Assembly (NCBI GenBank): GCA_951406725.2
Contig: OX597822.1
Location: 55,614,001 to 55,678,000, forward strand
Length of the DNA: 64,000 nucleotides
Direction: 5' to 3'
DNA from: Octopus vulgaris
Taxonomy: Eukaryota
A program made the position numbers and the translations under genes. The notes under the pieces are model-generated. The model saw only the letters and a program-made list of their open reading frames with translations, made no database searches and was not told where the DNA came from. Position 1 is the first letter of the stretch. The number at the start of each line of letters is the position of its first letter. Positions 40,106-53,215 of the stretch are shown here, one piece after another.

Positions 40106-42379
40106 TTAAATATAAATTGTCTTTGAAAGCTTCTTGGGCCAATGCACTGTTCTGCCCGATCTTGTAATATACGGTGTGCTCGGGGCACCCGTTGACGGCG
40201 AAGATGGTGTTGTAGGAGCCGGTGAAGGCAAAGGTGTCTGTGCAGGTGAAGGTGTTGTTAAAGGTGCATAGGTGGGTGTGGCAAGGTTGTCATCAAAAGA
40301 TGACGTCTCAAAGTATGCTTTCTTTAATCGGTCCACGGAAACGGTCTCCGAATGACCATTTATTTCAATTGTGAAAACCTTAGATGTGCGAGAAAGCACA
40401 CGGAAAGGTCCTTTATAGGGAGAAACAAGTGGCCCCTTGACAGAGTCGTCCCGAACAAAAACATGCGACCAAGTGTCCATATCCGGTGGGAGATGGGATG
40501 GTGGAGATTGTTTCCTGGGAACCATGGGTGGAAGATTCGAGAAATATGAACGCAGTCTGGCGACATAGGTCGCCGGATCATGGGGCTGGGAAGTGTCTGG
40601 CACCAACATCATACCAGGCAATGCCAGTGTGGTACCATACAGCAGCTCTGCAGAAGAAAACCCCAGGTCTGCCTTGACAGCAGTCCGACAACCGAGAAGC
40701 ACAATTGGCAGAAATTCAATCCAGGACTGTGGATCTGAAGAGGCACGAAGAGCGGCCTTGAGCTGTCTATGGAACCGTTCAACTAATCCATTAGACGCTG
40801 GATGATAGCTGGTAGTGTGGATATGATGCACACCTAAAATGCGCGACAATTCGCGAAATAGCGAAGCTTCAAACTGACGTCCACGATCATTGGTCAATCT
40901 GGACGGAACTCCGAAACGGGAAATCCAGTTTGAAGCGAAGGCTCGCGCAACAGTCTCAGCAGAAATGTCTGCTATCGGAATGGCTTCTGGCCAGCTGGAG
41001 AAACGATCGACACAAGTTAACAGATAAGAAAACCCGCGACTCACAGGCCATGGTCCAACCAGATCGATGTGGACATGGCGAAAACGGGCCTCCGTAGGGG
41101 GAAAATGTCCAAGCGGGGCACGAACGTGCCGTTGAATCTTGGACCGTTGACACTTGGAGCAGGTGCGTGTCCAAGAAGTAATAGTGCGACGCATATTCGG
41201 CCAGAAAAACCGAGCAGTGATCAGCTTAAGGGTGGCAGCGATGCCAGGATGTGATAAGGAGTGCAGTGCTTCAAACACTGAGCGTTGATGATTCTCAGGC
41301 ACGAGTGGCCTGGGAGAACCAGTGGAAGTATCACAAAGAATGGTGCCTTCGGCTGACGGAAGCGGAAGGTAGGAAAACTGGCAACAGGAGAACTTGGGAG
41401 AAGTTAAGTCTAACGACGCCAAAGGTGGCTGCTCCTGCGAGATGGCAGTTAAGTCGATAGCAGCAGGAGACGAAAGGGCGCAGACTGGAAGGCGAGAGAG
41501 AGCGTCAGCAGGAACGTTCTCTTTTCCAGGTATGTGTCGAATGTTACAAGTGAATTGAGAGATAAAATCCAGGTGCCGGAAAGCACGAGGCGAGAGTTTG
41601 TCCGTTTTTGGACACAGGGCAAACGTAAGGGGCTTGTGATCCGTATAGATCACAAGATCTCGCCCTTCAAGTTGATGCTGGAACTGACGAACCGATAGAT
41701 AGATCGCTAGGAGCTCACGATCAAAGGTGCTGTATCGTCGTTCAGCTGGGTGCAGTTGGCGGGAAAAGAAAGCCAGAGGTCGAATATGATCATCCACTGT
41801 GTGTTGTAGCACAGCGCCAATCGCAGTGTCCGATGCGTCTACAGTCAAAGAGAGAGAAGCACCAGGAACCGGATGTGCAAGCAAAGAAACAGAAGCCAGC
41901 TCCTTCTTAATGGACTCAAAGGCTGTCAGTGCCTCAACAGAGAGGGTGACTTGACCGTCCTTTCTAGGAGTGTCCTTTAATAGCCTGGTGAGAGGAAGTA
42001 GCTTATCTGCACAACCGGGAATAAAACGTCTGTAGAAATTGATCATCCCTAGATAATGCCTGAGCTGGCGCAAGGAAGTGCGGGGTGCGATGCGTTGAAT
42101 GGCATCGACCTTTGACGACAGGGGGCTGATTCCACTCGAATCATTATGATGGCCTAGAAAATCTAGAGGAGAGCGTCCGAAAACACACTTGTCGGGATTT
42201 ATACGTATACTATAAGCGCGAAGACGCTGAGAAAGGTGCTGGAGATGATTTTCACGTGTGTCGCTCGCAATGAGTATATCATCGACATAGGCAAACACAA
42301 AATCAAGACCGCGGACAACCTCATCAATGAAACGCTGGAAAGTGCTGGTAGCATTCCGCAAACCGAAACTCATATACAA
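40106..42379 (-). CDS. Gypsy pol: RT C-terminal half, RNase H, integrase
   Basis: FGLRNA, YVDDIL, TVDASD, DRELLA, TDHKPL, ADALSR, HHCC finger, [22 protein letters not shown] and PYKGPF. Confidence 0.9.
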   Translation of the reverse strand: MYMSFGLRNATSTFQRFIDEVVRGLDFVFAYVDDILIASDTRENHLQHLSQRLRAYSIRINPDKCVFGRSPLDFLGHHNDSSGISPLSSKVDAIQRIAPRTSLRQLRHYLGMINFYRRFIPGCADKLLPLTRLLKDTPRKDGQVTLSVEALTAFESIKKELASVSLLAHPVPGASLSLTVDASDTAIGAVLQHTVDDHIRPLAFFSRQLHPAERRYSTFDRELLAIYLSVRQFQHQLEGRDLVIYTDHKPLTFALCPKTDKLSPRAFRHLDFISQFTCNIRHIPGKENVPADALSRLPVCALSSPAAIDLTAISQEQPPLASLDLTSPKFSCCQFSYLPLPSAEGTILCDTSTGSPRPLVPENHQRSVFEALHSLSHPGIAATLKLITARFFWPNMRRTITSWTRTCSKCQRSKIQRHVRAPLGHFPPTEARFRHVHIDLVGPWPVSRGFSYLLTCVDRFSSWPEAIPIADISAETVARAFASNWISRFGVPSRLTNDRGRQFEASLFRELSRILGVHHIHTTSYHPASNGLVERFHRQLKAALRASSDPQSWIEFLPIVLLGCRTAVKADLGFSSAELLYGTTLALPGMMLVPDTSQPHDPATYVARLRSYFSNLPPMVPRKQSPPSHLPPDMDTWSHVFVRDDSVKGPLVSPYKGPFRVLSRTSKVFTIEINGHSETVSVDRLKKAYFETSSFDDNLATPTYAPLTTPSPAQTPLPSPAPTTPSSPSTGAPSTPYITRSGRTVHWPKKLSKTIYI

Positions 42380-42780
42380 AAACTCAAAACACCCAAAGAG
42401 AGCGACGTCATGCTATCAAGAAGCCTCCGACGCCTGACATCCACCAATAGATTAAACCTATCCAAGAAATCAGCGCCGAGAATAGGATGCGGGATGTCAG
42501 CGATAACGAAAACCCATTGAAAATCTCGACGAAGGTTGATGTCAAGGCGCAGCGAAATCTGACCGAAGGTGGTTATGGGAGACGAGTCAATGGCATGCAA
42601 GACAATTGAAGAGCGCTTGGGCTTGTCTGCAGTCAGACGAAGGGGCCAGATGCTGCAACAAAAGCCGGTGTCCACCATGAAGAATTTCTTCGACACCAGA
42701 TCTTTTACAAAGAACGCACGATTTTTGGGAAACGAAAAGGAAGAAGGTGACGTGCTCACCTCCTCCGGATTTAGTTTCCC
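42370..42780 (-). CDS. Gypsy aspartic protease (-1 frame relative to gag)
   Basis: FMVDTG and PILGADFL motifs. Confidence 0.85.
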   Translation of the reverse strand, partial: GKLNPEEVSTSPSSFSFPKNRAFFVKDLVSKKFFMVDTGFCCSIWPLRLTADKPKRSSIVLHAIDSSPITTFGQISLRLDINLRRDFQWVFVIADIPHPILGADFLDRFNLLVDVRRRRLLDSMTSLSLGVLSFCI

Positions 42781-43448
42781 GAGGGCTGAAAAGTGCACGG
42801 CTGGGTACACCGTTCTGCCTTTTCGGCAGAGCCACTGCGACTACGACTGCGACTACGACTGCGTGGTCGGCGCCCGATTCGCCGCGTGAGCGTATCGAGC
42901 CGCTCGGCTAGTGAATTTTGCGTCGGAGAAACTGTCGGAGGGGGCTCTGTACATGCACTCAGGCCTCGCGATGGAGATGGTTTGGGAAATTCCAATATTT
43001 TATCGGCCATCGTGGCAATCTGGTCTACTGACACAGACTCCAGTACCGTGGCCAACATTGTCTGCACGTGGGCAGGCAACCTGGAGAAGAAAATCCTCCG
43101 TAAGAGCGGCGCGTCCGCTGCGTTCCCGCTCAGCTCCCGTAGGTGTCGCAGGAACTGGGATGGAGTCCTGTATCCCAACTGTTCCTCGGCCATCAGCTCC
43201 TTAAAATTACTCTCCTCCGACCGCGTGTGGCGGCGGAGGATTTCGGCTTTTACGGACGCGTATGTGGCGTCCGGGTGGGGACTTATTATGAGATCCCTGA
43301 CCGATGTGGCGAGTCGGGGATGTAAACTTGAATATAGTAGATGCAACTGCTGCTGTGGAGGAACGGCATGTGCGTCAAAATGCGACTCCACCTGGCCAAA
43401 CCATAGACCCACATCCCCTGTGAATAAAGGCAAACCTGATGCAGCCAT
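42771..43448 (-). CDS. Gypsy gag
   Basis: LPLF...LWFGQVESHF, LGYRTPSQFLRHLREL and RS-rich C-terminus, ending ...PSGN*. Confidence 0.85.
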   Translation of the reverse strand: MAASGLPLFTGDVGLWFGQVESHFDAHAVPPQQQLHLLYSSLHPRLATSVRDLIISPHPDATYASVKAEILRRHTRSEESNFKELMAEEQLGYRTPSQFLRHLRELSGNAADAPLLRRIFFSRLPAHVQTMLATVLESVSVDQIATMADKILEFPKPSPSRGLSACTEPPPTVSPTQNSLAERLDTLTRRIGRRPRSRSRSRSRSGSAEKAERCTQPCTFQPSGN

Positions 43449-43828
43449 GTTTGTCCGAAAAAACGCCTGTCAGAAAGGGGGCAGAAGGTATGAACGAGAA
43501 GTGGAGAACACGTGGAACCGACAAAGCAAATCAAAAATCGTGTTTTGTGTAATGGTGTGTGTGTGTGTGTGCACCTCGTGGGCAGTAAAGAATAAGTGTG
43601 TGTGTGCACAAAGGAAAAACAAAAGGTACAGAAAAGGAAAAAAAAAATAATGTGTGTGTGTTTCTTTTTTTTTTTTTTTTCAGTGTACTGAGTGCGATGA
43701 ATAAAACTTTTGTTTGTACGCACCTCGCCGTCCTGAAAGGAAAAGAAAAATGAAAGTGAAAACTGAGTTTTCAGTGCTCTAACTGGCAAAACCTGTTCGC
43801 TGCGTCTTCTGTTCTTTTCTTTTTCTAC

Positions 43829-43840
43829 TCGGGGTCACCA
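43829..43840 (-). promoter_or_regulatory. Primer binding site, tRNA-Trp type
   Basis: Minus TGGTGACCCCGA, 2 nt after the 5' LTR, complementary to the eukaryotic tRNA-Trp 3' end. Confidence 0.85.
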
Positions 43841-43842
43841 AT

Positions 43843-44261
43843 TGTAACAGGATCTGGAATCGGTATCACTGAAGGGGTGTTCGATCCGATCCTGTCACAT
43901 TCAATTTAGTTAGATATAACAGACGAAGTCAGGTTATCTGGGAAAGACAGCAGTGTTGTTTATTATTCGTGATGGTGTACGGATTTCTGAAGGGAAAACG
44001 ACAGCCGAATCTGTTGTACAGCTTCTTGTTGGTTGGTTGAAGTGATTCGATGTCGTCCGCGGCTAAGTCGGTATAGTTATCAGAGACTACCAAATGCACG
44101 TCTGTTCCCGAGGGCTGGAATGGCCAGAGAGAGTGATCGAGTTTACTGGGCCTTAGGGGTCAGTTTCCCGCACATGCGCATGGGGAAGACTTCCGGTGGC
44201 CACCCGGAAGTAGTCCCATTCTGCGCATGCGCGCTGAACCTTACACAGTAGCATCACTACA
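43843..44261 (-). repeat. 5' LTR
   Basis: Direct repeat of 39562-39972. Confidence 0.95.
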
Positions 44262-44917
44262 GATGTATATGAGTTTTTTCAATGTATTTCTGGAGAAAGA
44301 AAAAGCAAGTTTACTTTATGGTGTCTTACTCATTTTCCCATCTAAATTTGTCTTCTATATGCTCAAAGAGAACGGAGGTAATTTTCTGAAATAATATTCT
44401 AAATATGTTATAGTGTTTTTAATACATTTAGAGAAGCTCATTTGCTTAGTTGATGTAGTATTTGTTGGATAGTGAATATGGATAAAAAATTTTTTTTTTT
44501 CTCAAAGCAAAAAATGCAGTAAATGTTTCTCAAACACAAACTTTCGGAAATTTTTTTTTATTACGGCCGGGTTACTCATCATTACAGCAACAAAGTCTAC
44601 CTGCCACATTTCTCGGTGTATCATCACTGATTCGAGGTCCTGGATACATTCTAGGCTAGTGTCTGCAACCAAGTTGTCGATGTGTGACGATGTTTTTCTC
44701 TGCTTAAATCACCACGAGATGGGTTCCGCAAGACTAATATGGATGTTCCCAGCTTAGGGTGGCGCACGCAGTGATGAGATAGTCGCAGCTGTTTTGTGTG
44801 ATCTTCTCGCTAACCTTCGGCAGGTCTCCATAAAGGCAATTCATTTGTCATTTGTTTCTCCCATTTCACATTTAGAGCCATTTGTAGCATCCTTGTGTAG
44901 TATCAATTTAGCCCATT

Positions 44918-44938
44918 TGCTGCTGCTGCTGCTGCTGT

Positions 44939-45006
<68 letters not shown>

Positions 45007-45225
45007 TGTTCACAATCACCCGTTCCCGTCTCCACTACAACTATCACCATCAGAGTTACAACTATCACTACTACCTCGAACATAATTACTGCCTCCACAT
45101 CACAACCACAGCCTACCCTTACTGCCACCGCCAACACGGTACACAATTACCACTCACTGCCACCACTTCCGCGATTATCTCCGCCACCAGCGGCCTCATC
45201 ATCAAAATCATCACCAACACCCCAT

Positions 45226-45257
<32 letters not shown>

Positions 45258-45660
45258 GTACCTCTACAATCACTACCACTGCCATACAGATACAACCACC
45301 ACTCGACAATCAGTCACTACCACCACTACCAGCAAAAACACTGACATCACAATTACCGTCACCATCTTGCCTACCTCTTCCTCCACTGACTTCTCCACCA
45401 CCTCCTTCCCCTCAACCACCACCACCACCACCACCATCACTCACTACAATCACTACCACTAATTACCGTCAGTACCACTGGCCTTGTCACCACATCCTCA
45501 GACACGTCTACCCTCCCGATACCATTACAGCCGGCAAAACCTTCTACTGCCACCTCGAACACAAACACCACCACAACCGCCTGATAATTTCACTACCACC
45601 GGTACCGTCACCACCACTACCATCACCACCATATCACTACCACCACTACCACCATCAACA
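44918..45660. repeat. (CTA)n/(CAC)n low-complexity region
   Basis: Directly visible. Confidence 0.9.
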
Positions 45661-45846
45661 ATAATGAAATTATCAAGCTCATACACTCCTGTTTGGTACA
45701 GATCTAAACAAGTTTGTTTCTAACTAATCATTCAACACAATTGCTTTCCCTAAGTAGGACGAGGACACAGCAGACAATCAGAATAATATCTAGTATTTTT
45801 ATTAATGTTCGTCCTTTACAGTTTTTTGTTATGTCAAACACACACA

Positions 45847-45901
<55 letters not shown>

Positions 45902-46282
45902 ACAGCACGTGATTGCACACACGTACATGTTCATGCGTGTGTGTGTGTGTGCTATAACTAGCAGCAGTACCCGACGTTTGTTGGAAGTAAGAAAATGTCT
46001 AACAAAATTTCGCATAGGCTAACTTTTCTTCCCTTGTAGACCTATGCAAACTTTGCAGTATTTAGACACTGAACAGTAACCTAAAATCTTGGTTATAGAT
46101 GCCTGTCTGCCTGCCTGCCTGCCTATCTACCTACCTACCTACCTACCTACCTACCTACCTACCTACTTACCCAACAGAGTGACTAACTGATTGACCAACT
46201 AATTACATGCATAGGCACACACACATACAGACACACATCCTTACATCCTTCCGTCCAACCATCCATCCAGTCATCCATCCAT

Positions 46283-46334
<52 letters not shown>

Positions 46335-46880
46335 ACATACATACATACATACATAGCAAGAGAGACAACGGCTGCTATTATACGAACACTCAGTCTTGAA
46401 CAAACAGAAATGAGTTAAGTATTATAAACAACTCAAAATACAGTTTACAGCGAGATTTACATTTTATATAGACAAACTGCTGCTCAGAAGAACGAATTCG
46501 ACCCGAATCAATTGGAAGCTTTTATGATATTCGCGATCGATCAAGTAGCTAAAGAAAGCGTAGTGAAAATTGAAACTCTGTGTTTGGGCTTTGAATGTCC
46601 TGCTGTAGTGTTATTGCAATTACTATTCGCTAAAGATCAAACGAAATCCTAGCATACAATTAAAATGAAAAATCTCTCTCTTAAAAATGCCAACAAACAC
46701 AGGAAAATATCGGGCACGGATACGTGGATATAATCATGAGAGCTGGGGTGAATAAGGAACTATCAAACCAGCAACTGCAACTCTATGACAGGTTATCAAA
46801 AAGCTTCAATAACTGCCGACAAGAGAAACTCACGAGTAAGGTAAATACCTCAAAAAGGATCTGCGAGCGGTAAGTTAACA

Positions 46881-47053
46881 GGCGCAGGAGTGGCTGTGAG
46901 GTAAGTAGCTTGTTTACCAACCACATGGTTCCGGGTTCAGTCCCACTGCGTTGCACCTTGGGCAAGTGTCATCTACTATAGCCTCGGGCCGACCAAGCTT
47001 GTGAGTGGATTTGGTAGACGGAAACTGAAAGACGTCCGTCGTATATATTTGTG

Positions 47054-47084
<31 letters not shown>

Positions 47085-47298
47085 TTGTGTGTCTGTACTT
47101 GTCCCCCGACATCGCTTGACAACCGATGTCGGTGTGTTTACGTCGCCATAACTTAGCAGTTCGGCAAAAGAGGCCGATAGAATAAGTACTAGGTTTACAA
47201 AGAATAAGTCCCGGGGTCAAATTGCTCGACTAATGGCGGTGCTCCAGCATGGCCGCAGTCAAATGACTGAAACAAGTAAAAGAGCAAAAGAGTAAAGA
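46881..47298 (+). mobile_element. SINE family A full-length copy
   Basis: Family A consensus. Confidence 0.88.
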
Positions 47299-47449
47299 GA
47301 GCATTGTCAACCGCAAATTTGCATTAAACCCACAAAGTATATACTGCAGCATGAAAGATCGTATTAAAGTTGCAATGGACCCCTCATCAGAGAGCTCTGA
47401 ATGAAAACAAATAAAACAACCGCGATGCTATGTGGTTAAATGAATACGG

Positions 47450-48420
47450 AGTGAGTACTATGCAAACGTCTTTTCCAAAACGTAATATCTGCAATGAAAC
47501 TCACCTGACGGTTGTTGCAGAACTACGAAATGGAAAAATTACTAGGGAGAAACTTGGTAGTTATTTCCTGTTATAGAAAAGTTCTATAGGGATCAAGTTC
47601 TATAGGGAAACTGTCGTCAGCCTATTCAAACGAATAATGAACGATGAGGTGCCGAAGGGGTTGACACTTACATGGTCAACACACAATACCTAAAATTACA
47701 GGACTCATACCATGTTAAATGTTCAGTATGAGCTGTACACTGGTTACTTAATTGCAAAACAAACAGTGTGGCGACTGATGCGCAAATAGGAGGAAAAAGA
47801 AGTGGGAGTCTGTGCTGAACAGCTCTTCTTCAACAAATCTATCTTTAAAGAAGCGAAGCAGAACCACCAAAAGTCTACTGCCCATATAGTGAGAAAAGAT
47901 GCTTCCTTCATTCATATATTTACTACTACACCGTACTAAGGTTCTATCTGCTATAGCCAATTAGTCGATATCTTTAAGAGATTGACAATAACATGGTCCA
48001 CACAACTAGCGGCAACAACTGAAGTTACTTCTATAGTCACTAATAGAATTAGGCCATTGACAGAAATATTCCAAGGTGATAGCTAATTCTACATTATTCT
48101 TTGCTAATTCTATATTATCTTGCACATTTACAAATATGCACTTATTAGCATATAAAAGCCGTTCTAGACGCAAGAAAAAGAAGAGAATCCGAGCAAGAAT
48201 GGATACCAAGAACAGTTAGAAAACATCATAGGAAGTGATAGAAATGAAACTTGTCTGAGGTATTCGAACAATCCATGGATTAGACCAGAAAGAATTAATT
48301 AAAAGTAAGGCAAATAAGACTTGTGGCATGGTGGTAACAATGTCCAATAGGTATTGTTTATAGAGGCTAAACCTAACGGCGAACTGGCCCATGATATTGG
48401 ATAGCACGTAGCGATGCAAA
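47450..48420 (+). pseudogene. Highly degraded R4/Dong-like reverse transcriptase
   Basis: Read across frameshifts: NYR.IPCLNVQYELYTG (~47690-47745) and IFQGDS (~48068-48085). Confidence 0.55.
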
Positions 48421-48620
48421 ATTTGAGGTTAAAATTGATGGAAAAAGAGGCAAATCCATTAGATCACAAATGAGATCAATTCCGATTAGATCTCTTCTAT
48501 CTATCATAATTGTATGTAATATAAAATCTAAGATAAATTTCACAACTACCTACCTACCTACCTACCTACCTATCTAATCTGAAAAGAAAAATACAAAGTA
48601 ACTAAAGATCATGATTATAT

Positions 48621-48657
<37 letters not shown>

Positions 48658-48709
48658 AACGCGCACATATACACGCACACGCACTCATATACATACACAT
48701 ACACACATT

Positions 48710-49375
48710 CTAGAGGAACCAACGGACACACCTAGAGAGGCTTAGGAAAGATCTAATTAGCACCCTTGGCTCCATGTTTCTGAAAATTACCATGGAGACA
48801 AATCTCACCACCGCAGGCTTCTTAGACGTTAAGCTCGACTTGGGCTCCGGTGCATACACGCCCTACCACAAGCCATCAACACACATCAACATGTACATCG
48901 ACACGCCCACCTGCATATATATATGTTCAAAAACTTGATGAAGGGTGTTAGCAAGAGGATCACGAAGCTTTCTTCTAGCCAAGAGATTTTTGATACAGTA
49001 CCTCCCACCTATAACGAATCACTAGCTTCTAGCGGAGTTAAGGATCGCATCCCCTACATTCCGGGCCATAACACCCACAGAAGGAAGGAAGCGCCGCAGA
49101 AATATCATTTGGTTCCCCCACTTACTTCTCCTTTAACGTAAAAACGTGTGTAGATAGGATGCTCCTTAAACTAGTAGATAAACACTTCACAAGTTCACAT
49201 AGGTATGGACATACTTTTAATAGGCACAGCATCAGAGTTTCATTTAGATGGGCGACCCATATCAAGAGCATTCTAGTTAGCATCCCTAGACCACGAGCGG
49301 AGGCGGGATAATCATGCCGGGACTACAACAGATGCCCATTGCGAAACCAAGGGAGTCGTCTATGAAGCTGAGGTG
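48710..49375 (+). pseudogene. Degraded PLE RT-thumb/linker fragment
   Basis: FLDVKLDL..YTPYHKP, KGVSKRITKLSSSQEIF, RNIIWF, LKLVDKHF and FNRHSIRVS. Confidence 0.7.
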
Positions 49376-49798
49376 CTGGCTAATCCTAGTATTTTTCGTT
49401 GCTTATTTTGTGGCGACGTGACTGGTGTTTGCATAGTTTGAGACAATGGTGATTCCACCGATGATACTGGTGACAGTTTCAGTGTAAAACTTCCAGACTC
49501 GATCGAGTCACGGAAAACGGCCAACGCCGAACCACTTAAATTGGCTTGACGCCGCACAGAAATGTTAAAGTTCAACAATTATAATTTCTCCTCACTGGGC
49601 AATTTGAGGCAGGTTACTTTCAAAAGCAATAAGAATAGGTCTTCAACAAGCAATTAGCTTCAACAAATAACTCTAATAAATAACTTGAACAAACTTACAA
49701 ACAAAGCACACCTTAATTTCACACAGCTAAGTAAAACTTCAGGAAAACACATTTTAGACACTTTCAAAATATAAAACCAAAATATAAGAATATAATCA

Positions 49799-50050
49799 TG
49801 GATCTTTTCTAGAAGATGGACAGAATTTTCTAGTTAACTAAACAATTTGAAACTTCGTATACTGGTAGAATGTGTCAAAAGAAAACATTAATTTCAACTA
49901 GATTTTTTGAGAAAATTGTATTTTGTAACTTTTACGTAGTTTAATTCTTCGAATTTTAACCAATGAAATCCCAGCATTTGACCTAAATTCATTTGCTGCG
50001 TCTAAGTAAACAGCACACACATACACACGCACACGTGCTATTCATCCATC
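49799..50050 (+). mobile_element. Isolated Merlin-type TIR
   Basis: ggatcttttc...ttaactaaacaatttgaaacttcgtatactggtagaatgtg, homologous to the 6938 and 62142 termini. Confidence 0.6.
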
Positions 50051-52237
50051 ACTCCTGTCTTCTCTCTTCTGCAGGTGCTAGAAATAACAGCTATATCTCT
50101 TAAATCGATGAATTTCGTCGCCCAATAAAAATATTAACGATATTTTTGGACTTTTAAAACATGTTCGTATTCGTTCCGCTTTCGCAGGACATCAATTTTG
50201 TTTTTGCGGTTTCCACGCATTGTCTTGTTATTTCCCATGAAGTCATGCCTAACGCACCACTTACATACTTCACACGCACACACATACACACAAAAAAAAA
50301 AAAAACAAGTAGAAGACACTTGCCCAAGTGCCACGTAGAGACAGGTATGCAATGATTAGACCTGCAGTAAAATTTCCCTCAGATAAAACTCAACCGCAGA
50401 TAAAACCTAAGTAGAAGGAGTGGGAAGGAATGATCCGAAACGCCACCCCAAAAAATTTTTTCCTTACACTATCCAAAACATTTCTGCAAAATTTCATTTA
50501 AGACTTTTTTTTTTTTTTTCGGAATATTAAGAAGAAACAGAATGAGGAAGGGGAAGAAGCAATATGCCATGTGATCAAATGTATAGTAAATAAAAAAGAA
50601 AAAAAGCGAAGATAGGAAGTTCATTATTATTATAATCTTTGATCGTAGAAATCTGCAGGACCAGCTTAGTTGAGGTTAAACAACAACGACCTCCATGTTG
50701 TCTTTGAGGTCATAAAAATCAGCAGCAGTACATTTGATACTTCTAATTCCTAAAAGAAGAAAAAAAAAATTGCCCTTAGCCTTAACCTAAATACGTCATT
50801 ATTTCTCGAAAATGCTGTGAGGACTCACTACGTCCTGACCTTATAATTTCTACTTCCTGAACTGAACTTAACTTCATTTCAGCCATATATATCACTGACG
50901 CCATTCGCCTGAAACTGGAAACTATGAAATTTATCCAAGAAGCAAAACTGAAATGTTGGGGAATATTAAAACTAATAATTTCTTTCTTTTTTTCTTTCTT
51001 TCTTTCTTTTTTTCTTTCTTTCTTTCTTTCCTTCTTTCTTTCTTTCTTTCTTTTCAATAAAGAATAATGGATCAAATTTCTCAGACATGTATCTATAATG
51101 ATTCCTTATATAGGTACAAGGATTACAGATTTTCTTGAGGGGAGTTGATTACATTGGCTATTCCAGAATTTCACTGGCATTTTATTTTACCGACTTCTGA
51201 AAGATGAAAAAATAAACTCGACAGTGGTGAGACTTGAACTTGTCAGTATAATTTGTGTGTATGTGTGCGTGCGTGTATGAATATATATACGTTTACCCCT
51301 ATATAGATATGTAAATCGACCTCAGGACTTATTCTTTGTAAGGAAACCTACTTATTCTATCGGTCTCTTTTCATATGCGAAGAGGTATGAATTGATTGAG
51401 ATTTAACTGTTATTTCTTGCACCTCGATCGCCTCAAAACATCTTCATTGAATCGTATTTCTAAACAGCAGGATCTCGCATATCTAAGATAAGTCTACCTA
51501 TCATACGCATATCGCTTGAATTTTGGGGAAAGTCCGCAAGTCAGTTACATCGATTTCAGTGCTACACCAGTGCTCAGCTGGTACTTATTTTATTGCCCCC
51601 GAAAGGATACAAGCAAAGTCGACCTTAGTGGGATTTGAACAGAAAACGTGAAAGGTCAGAAGAAATGCCTCTCGGTACATTTCTAGGTGTGCTAAGGATT
51701 TTGCCAGCTCACTATCTTTGGCATATATAACATAATGAGTTGAAAAAATTGGACCAAGTGAGACTATCCTAGTAATTAGTAAACAAAACTCTTAGGGATT
51801 TTAAAATCTAGAAAAATTACTCAATAGTAACTATAAGATCTGTCGCTTGAAATATTCTGACCATATGCACAACGCAGATTAGAGTGGATTTAGCCTATAA
51901 AACCAATTGGTGATAGTAATGGGTATGTTTCGGCCTTATTAGAACTCTTTAGCAAAGCATATTCTACTCACTTGGCAACACTACGGATGATGAATAAAAT
52001 GTGTGTGTGTGCGCACACGTGTCTATCTGCCTATCTGTCTGCCTGTCTGTCTGTCTGTCTGTCTGCCTGTCTGTCTTTCTTTTCTGTTTGGCTGCACTTT
52101 TGAAATTTCAAAATAAAGTGAAAATTTTCAGATTTGGTGTAGTGATGTAATTCTTCACGCCAAATTTCAGGGCCAAATTCACTTGTTTCAGATAAATGTT
52201 TACTATATATAGTACACACACATACACAAACAAACAT

Positions 52238-52292
<55 letters not shown>

Positions 52293-52370
52293 TTTGTGCT
52301 TGAAGTAACTAGTTCTTAATGCTTGTTCCATTGCTGCACTTTTCAAGGCCTCCGTTTCAGGTCGCTTTTC

Positions 52371-52800
52371 TTACTTGTACTTACTTGTACTTTTACTTGT
52401 GACGGTGTTCACCCAGGGTGGGTTGAGCCGGCTTCTTCTCTGGTCCTGATGGCATCACGAACCATGGTGACACACGCTCGACGGTCCTGTGCGAGGTCAC
52501 TGGAGATTGCGAGCCATTCGCGGTTCCATAGGATTCATAGAAGAAGTTTCGTGGGAATATTGAATTCACAAGCGGTCCCCGACATCCCGCATGCATATCC
52601 CGAGTGACGGGACGCCCTGTCTCCAAAGACACAGGTTCAGAACGACCTCGAGCCGCCGGTTGCCGATCAGACGCCTCTTGGAATTTTCACCAGAGCCTCG
52701 TTGGCCAGGCTGCGGACCTAATACCGCTCGGTGCCAGACCAATCCGCCTTGGGTGGCCCTACTAGGAACCGACGTTCCCGACGGCATAGCTCTGACACTG
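52371..52800 (-). mobile_element. RTE-like 3' end joined to a GC-rich UTR-like segment (probable internally deleted LINE)
   Basis: WNREWLAISSDLAQDRRA...STHPG* followed by a (CAAGTA)n tail. Confidence 0.6.
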
Positions 52801-53158
52801 CCCGTTTACATCACCCTACCATTTTGAGGAGGGGTTGGACTTTAGGGTAGTTATTGTAGTACTACTGCCACATATTTCAAGAAGATACTTGCACATGAAT
52901 TTATGCTCATTCCTCCCATTTAATTTAGTTTGCAAAATCAGTTGACAAACGGGTCCATCCTGCTGCTCAATAGGATGTCTGTGGAACGCAGCACCTTCAA
53001 CACTGGTTCCAGTTCCATATTTTAAAACTGCTGACCCCCTCGTTTTCTTTCTCCGACTAGCATGGTTGTGTTGAGAATGGGATGTGTGAATGTGCACGCT
53101 GGTCGAAATGCGTAGCCGTATTTCGTCTGTCGTTATGTTCTGGGTAGTAAAGAAATAA

Positions 53159-53213
<55 letters not shown>

Positions 53214-53215
<2 letters not shown>

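Larger units (their letters stand above)
39562..44261 (-). mobile_element. Ty3/Gypsy LTR retrotransposon (4.7 kb) with internal RT deletion
   Basis: TG...CA LTRs at 39562-39972 and 43843-44261; TSD GATG (39558-39561, 44262-44265); domain order gag-PR-RT-RH-IN. Confidence 0.97.

Noticed and set aside
42793-43650. 285-aa plus-strand ORF
   Set aside because: Antisense shadow of the GC-rich gag frame.
38554-44590. Complete DNA transposon hosting the Gypsy insertion
   Set aside because: Left end and subterminal ggggcaaaatgagtaa repeats are seen, but no matching right TIR or TSD could be established.
44794-45462. 222-aa ORF with poly-L/T/Y (signal-peptide/mucin-like)
   Set aside because: Derived from (CTA)n/(CAC)n simple repeats.
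49360-49578. Ser/Pro-rich 72-aa ORF as a host exon
   Set aside because: In-frame stop just upstream, no clear acceptor and no motif.
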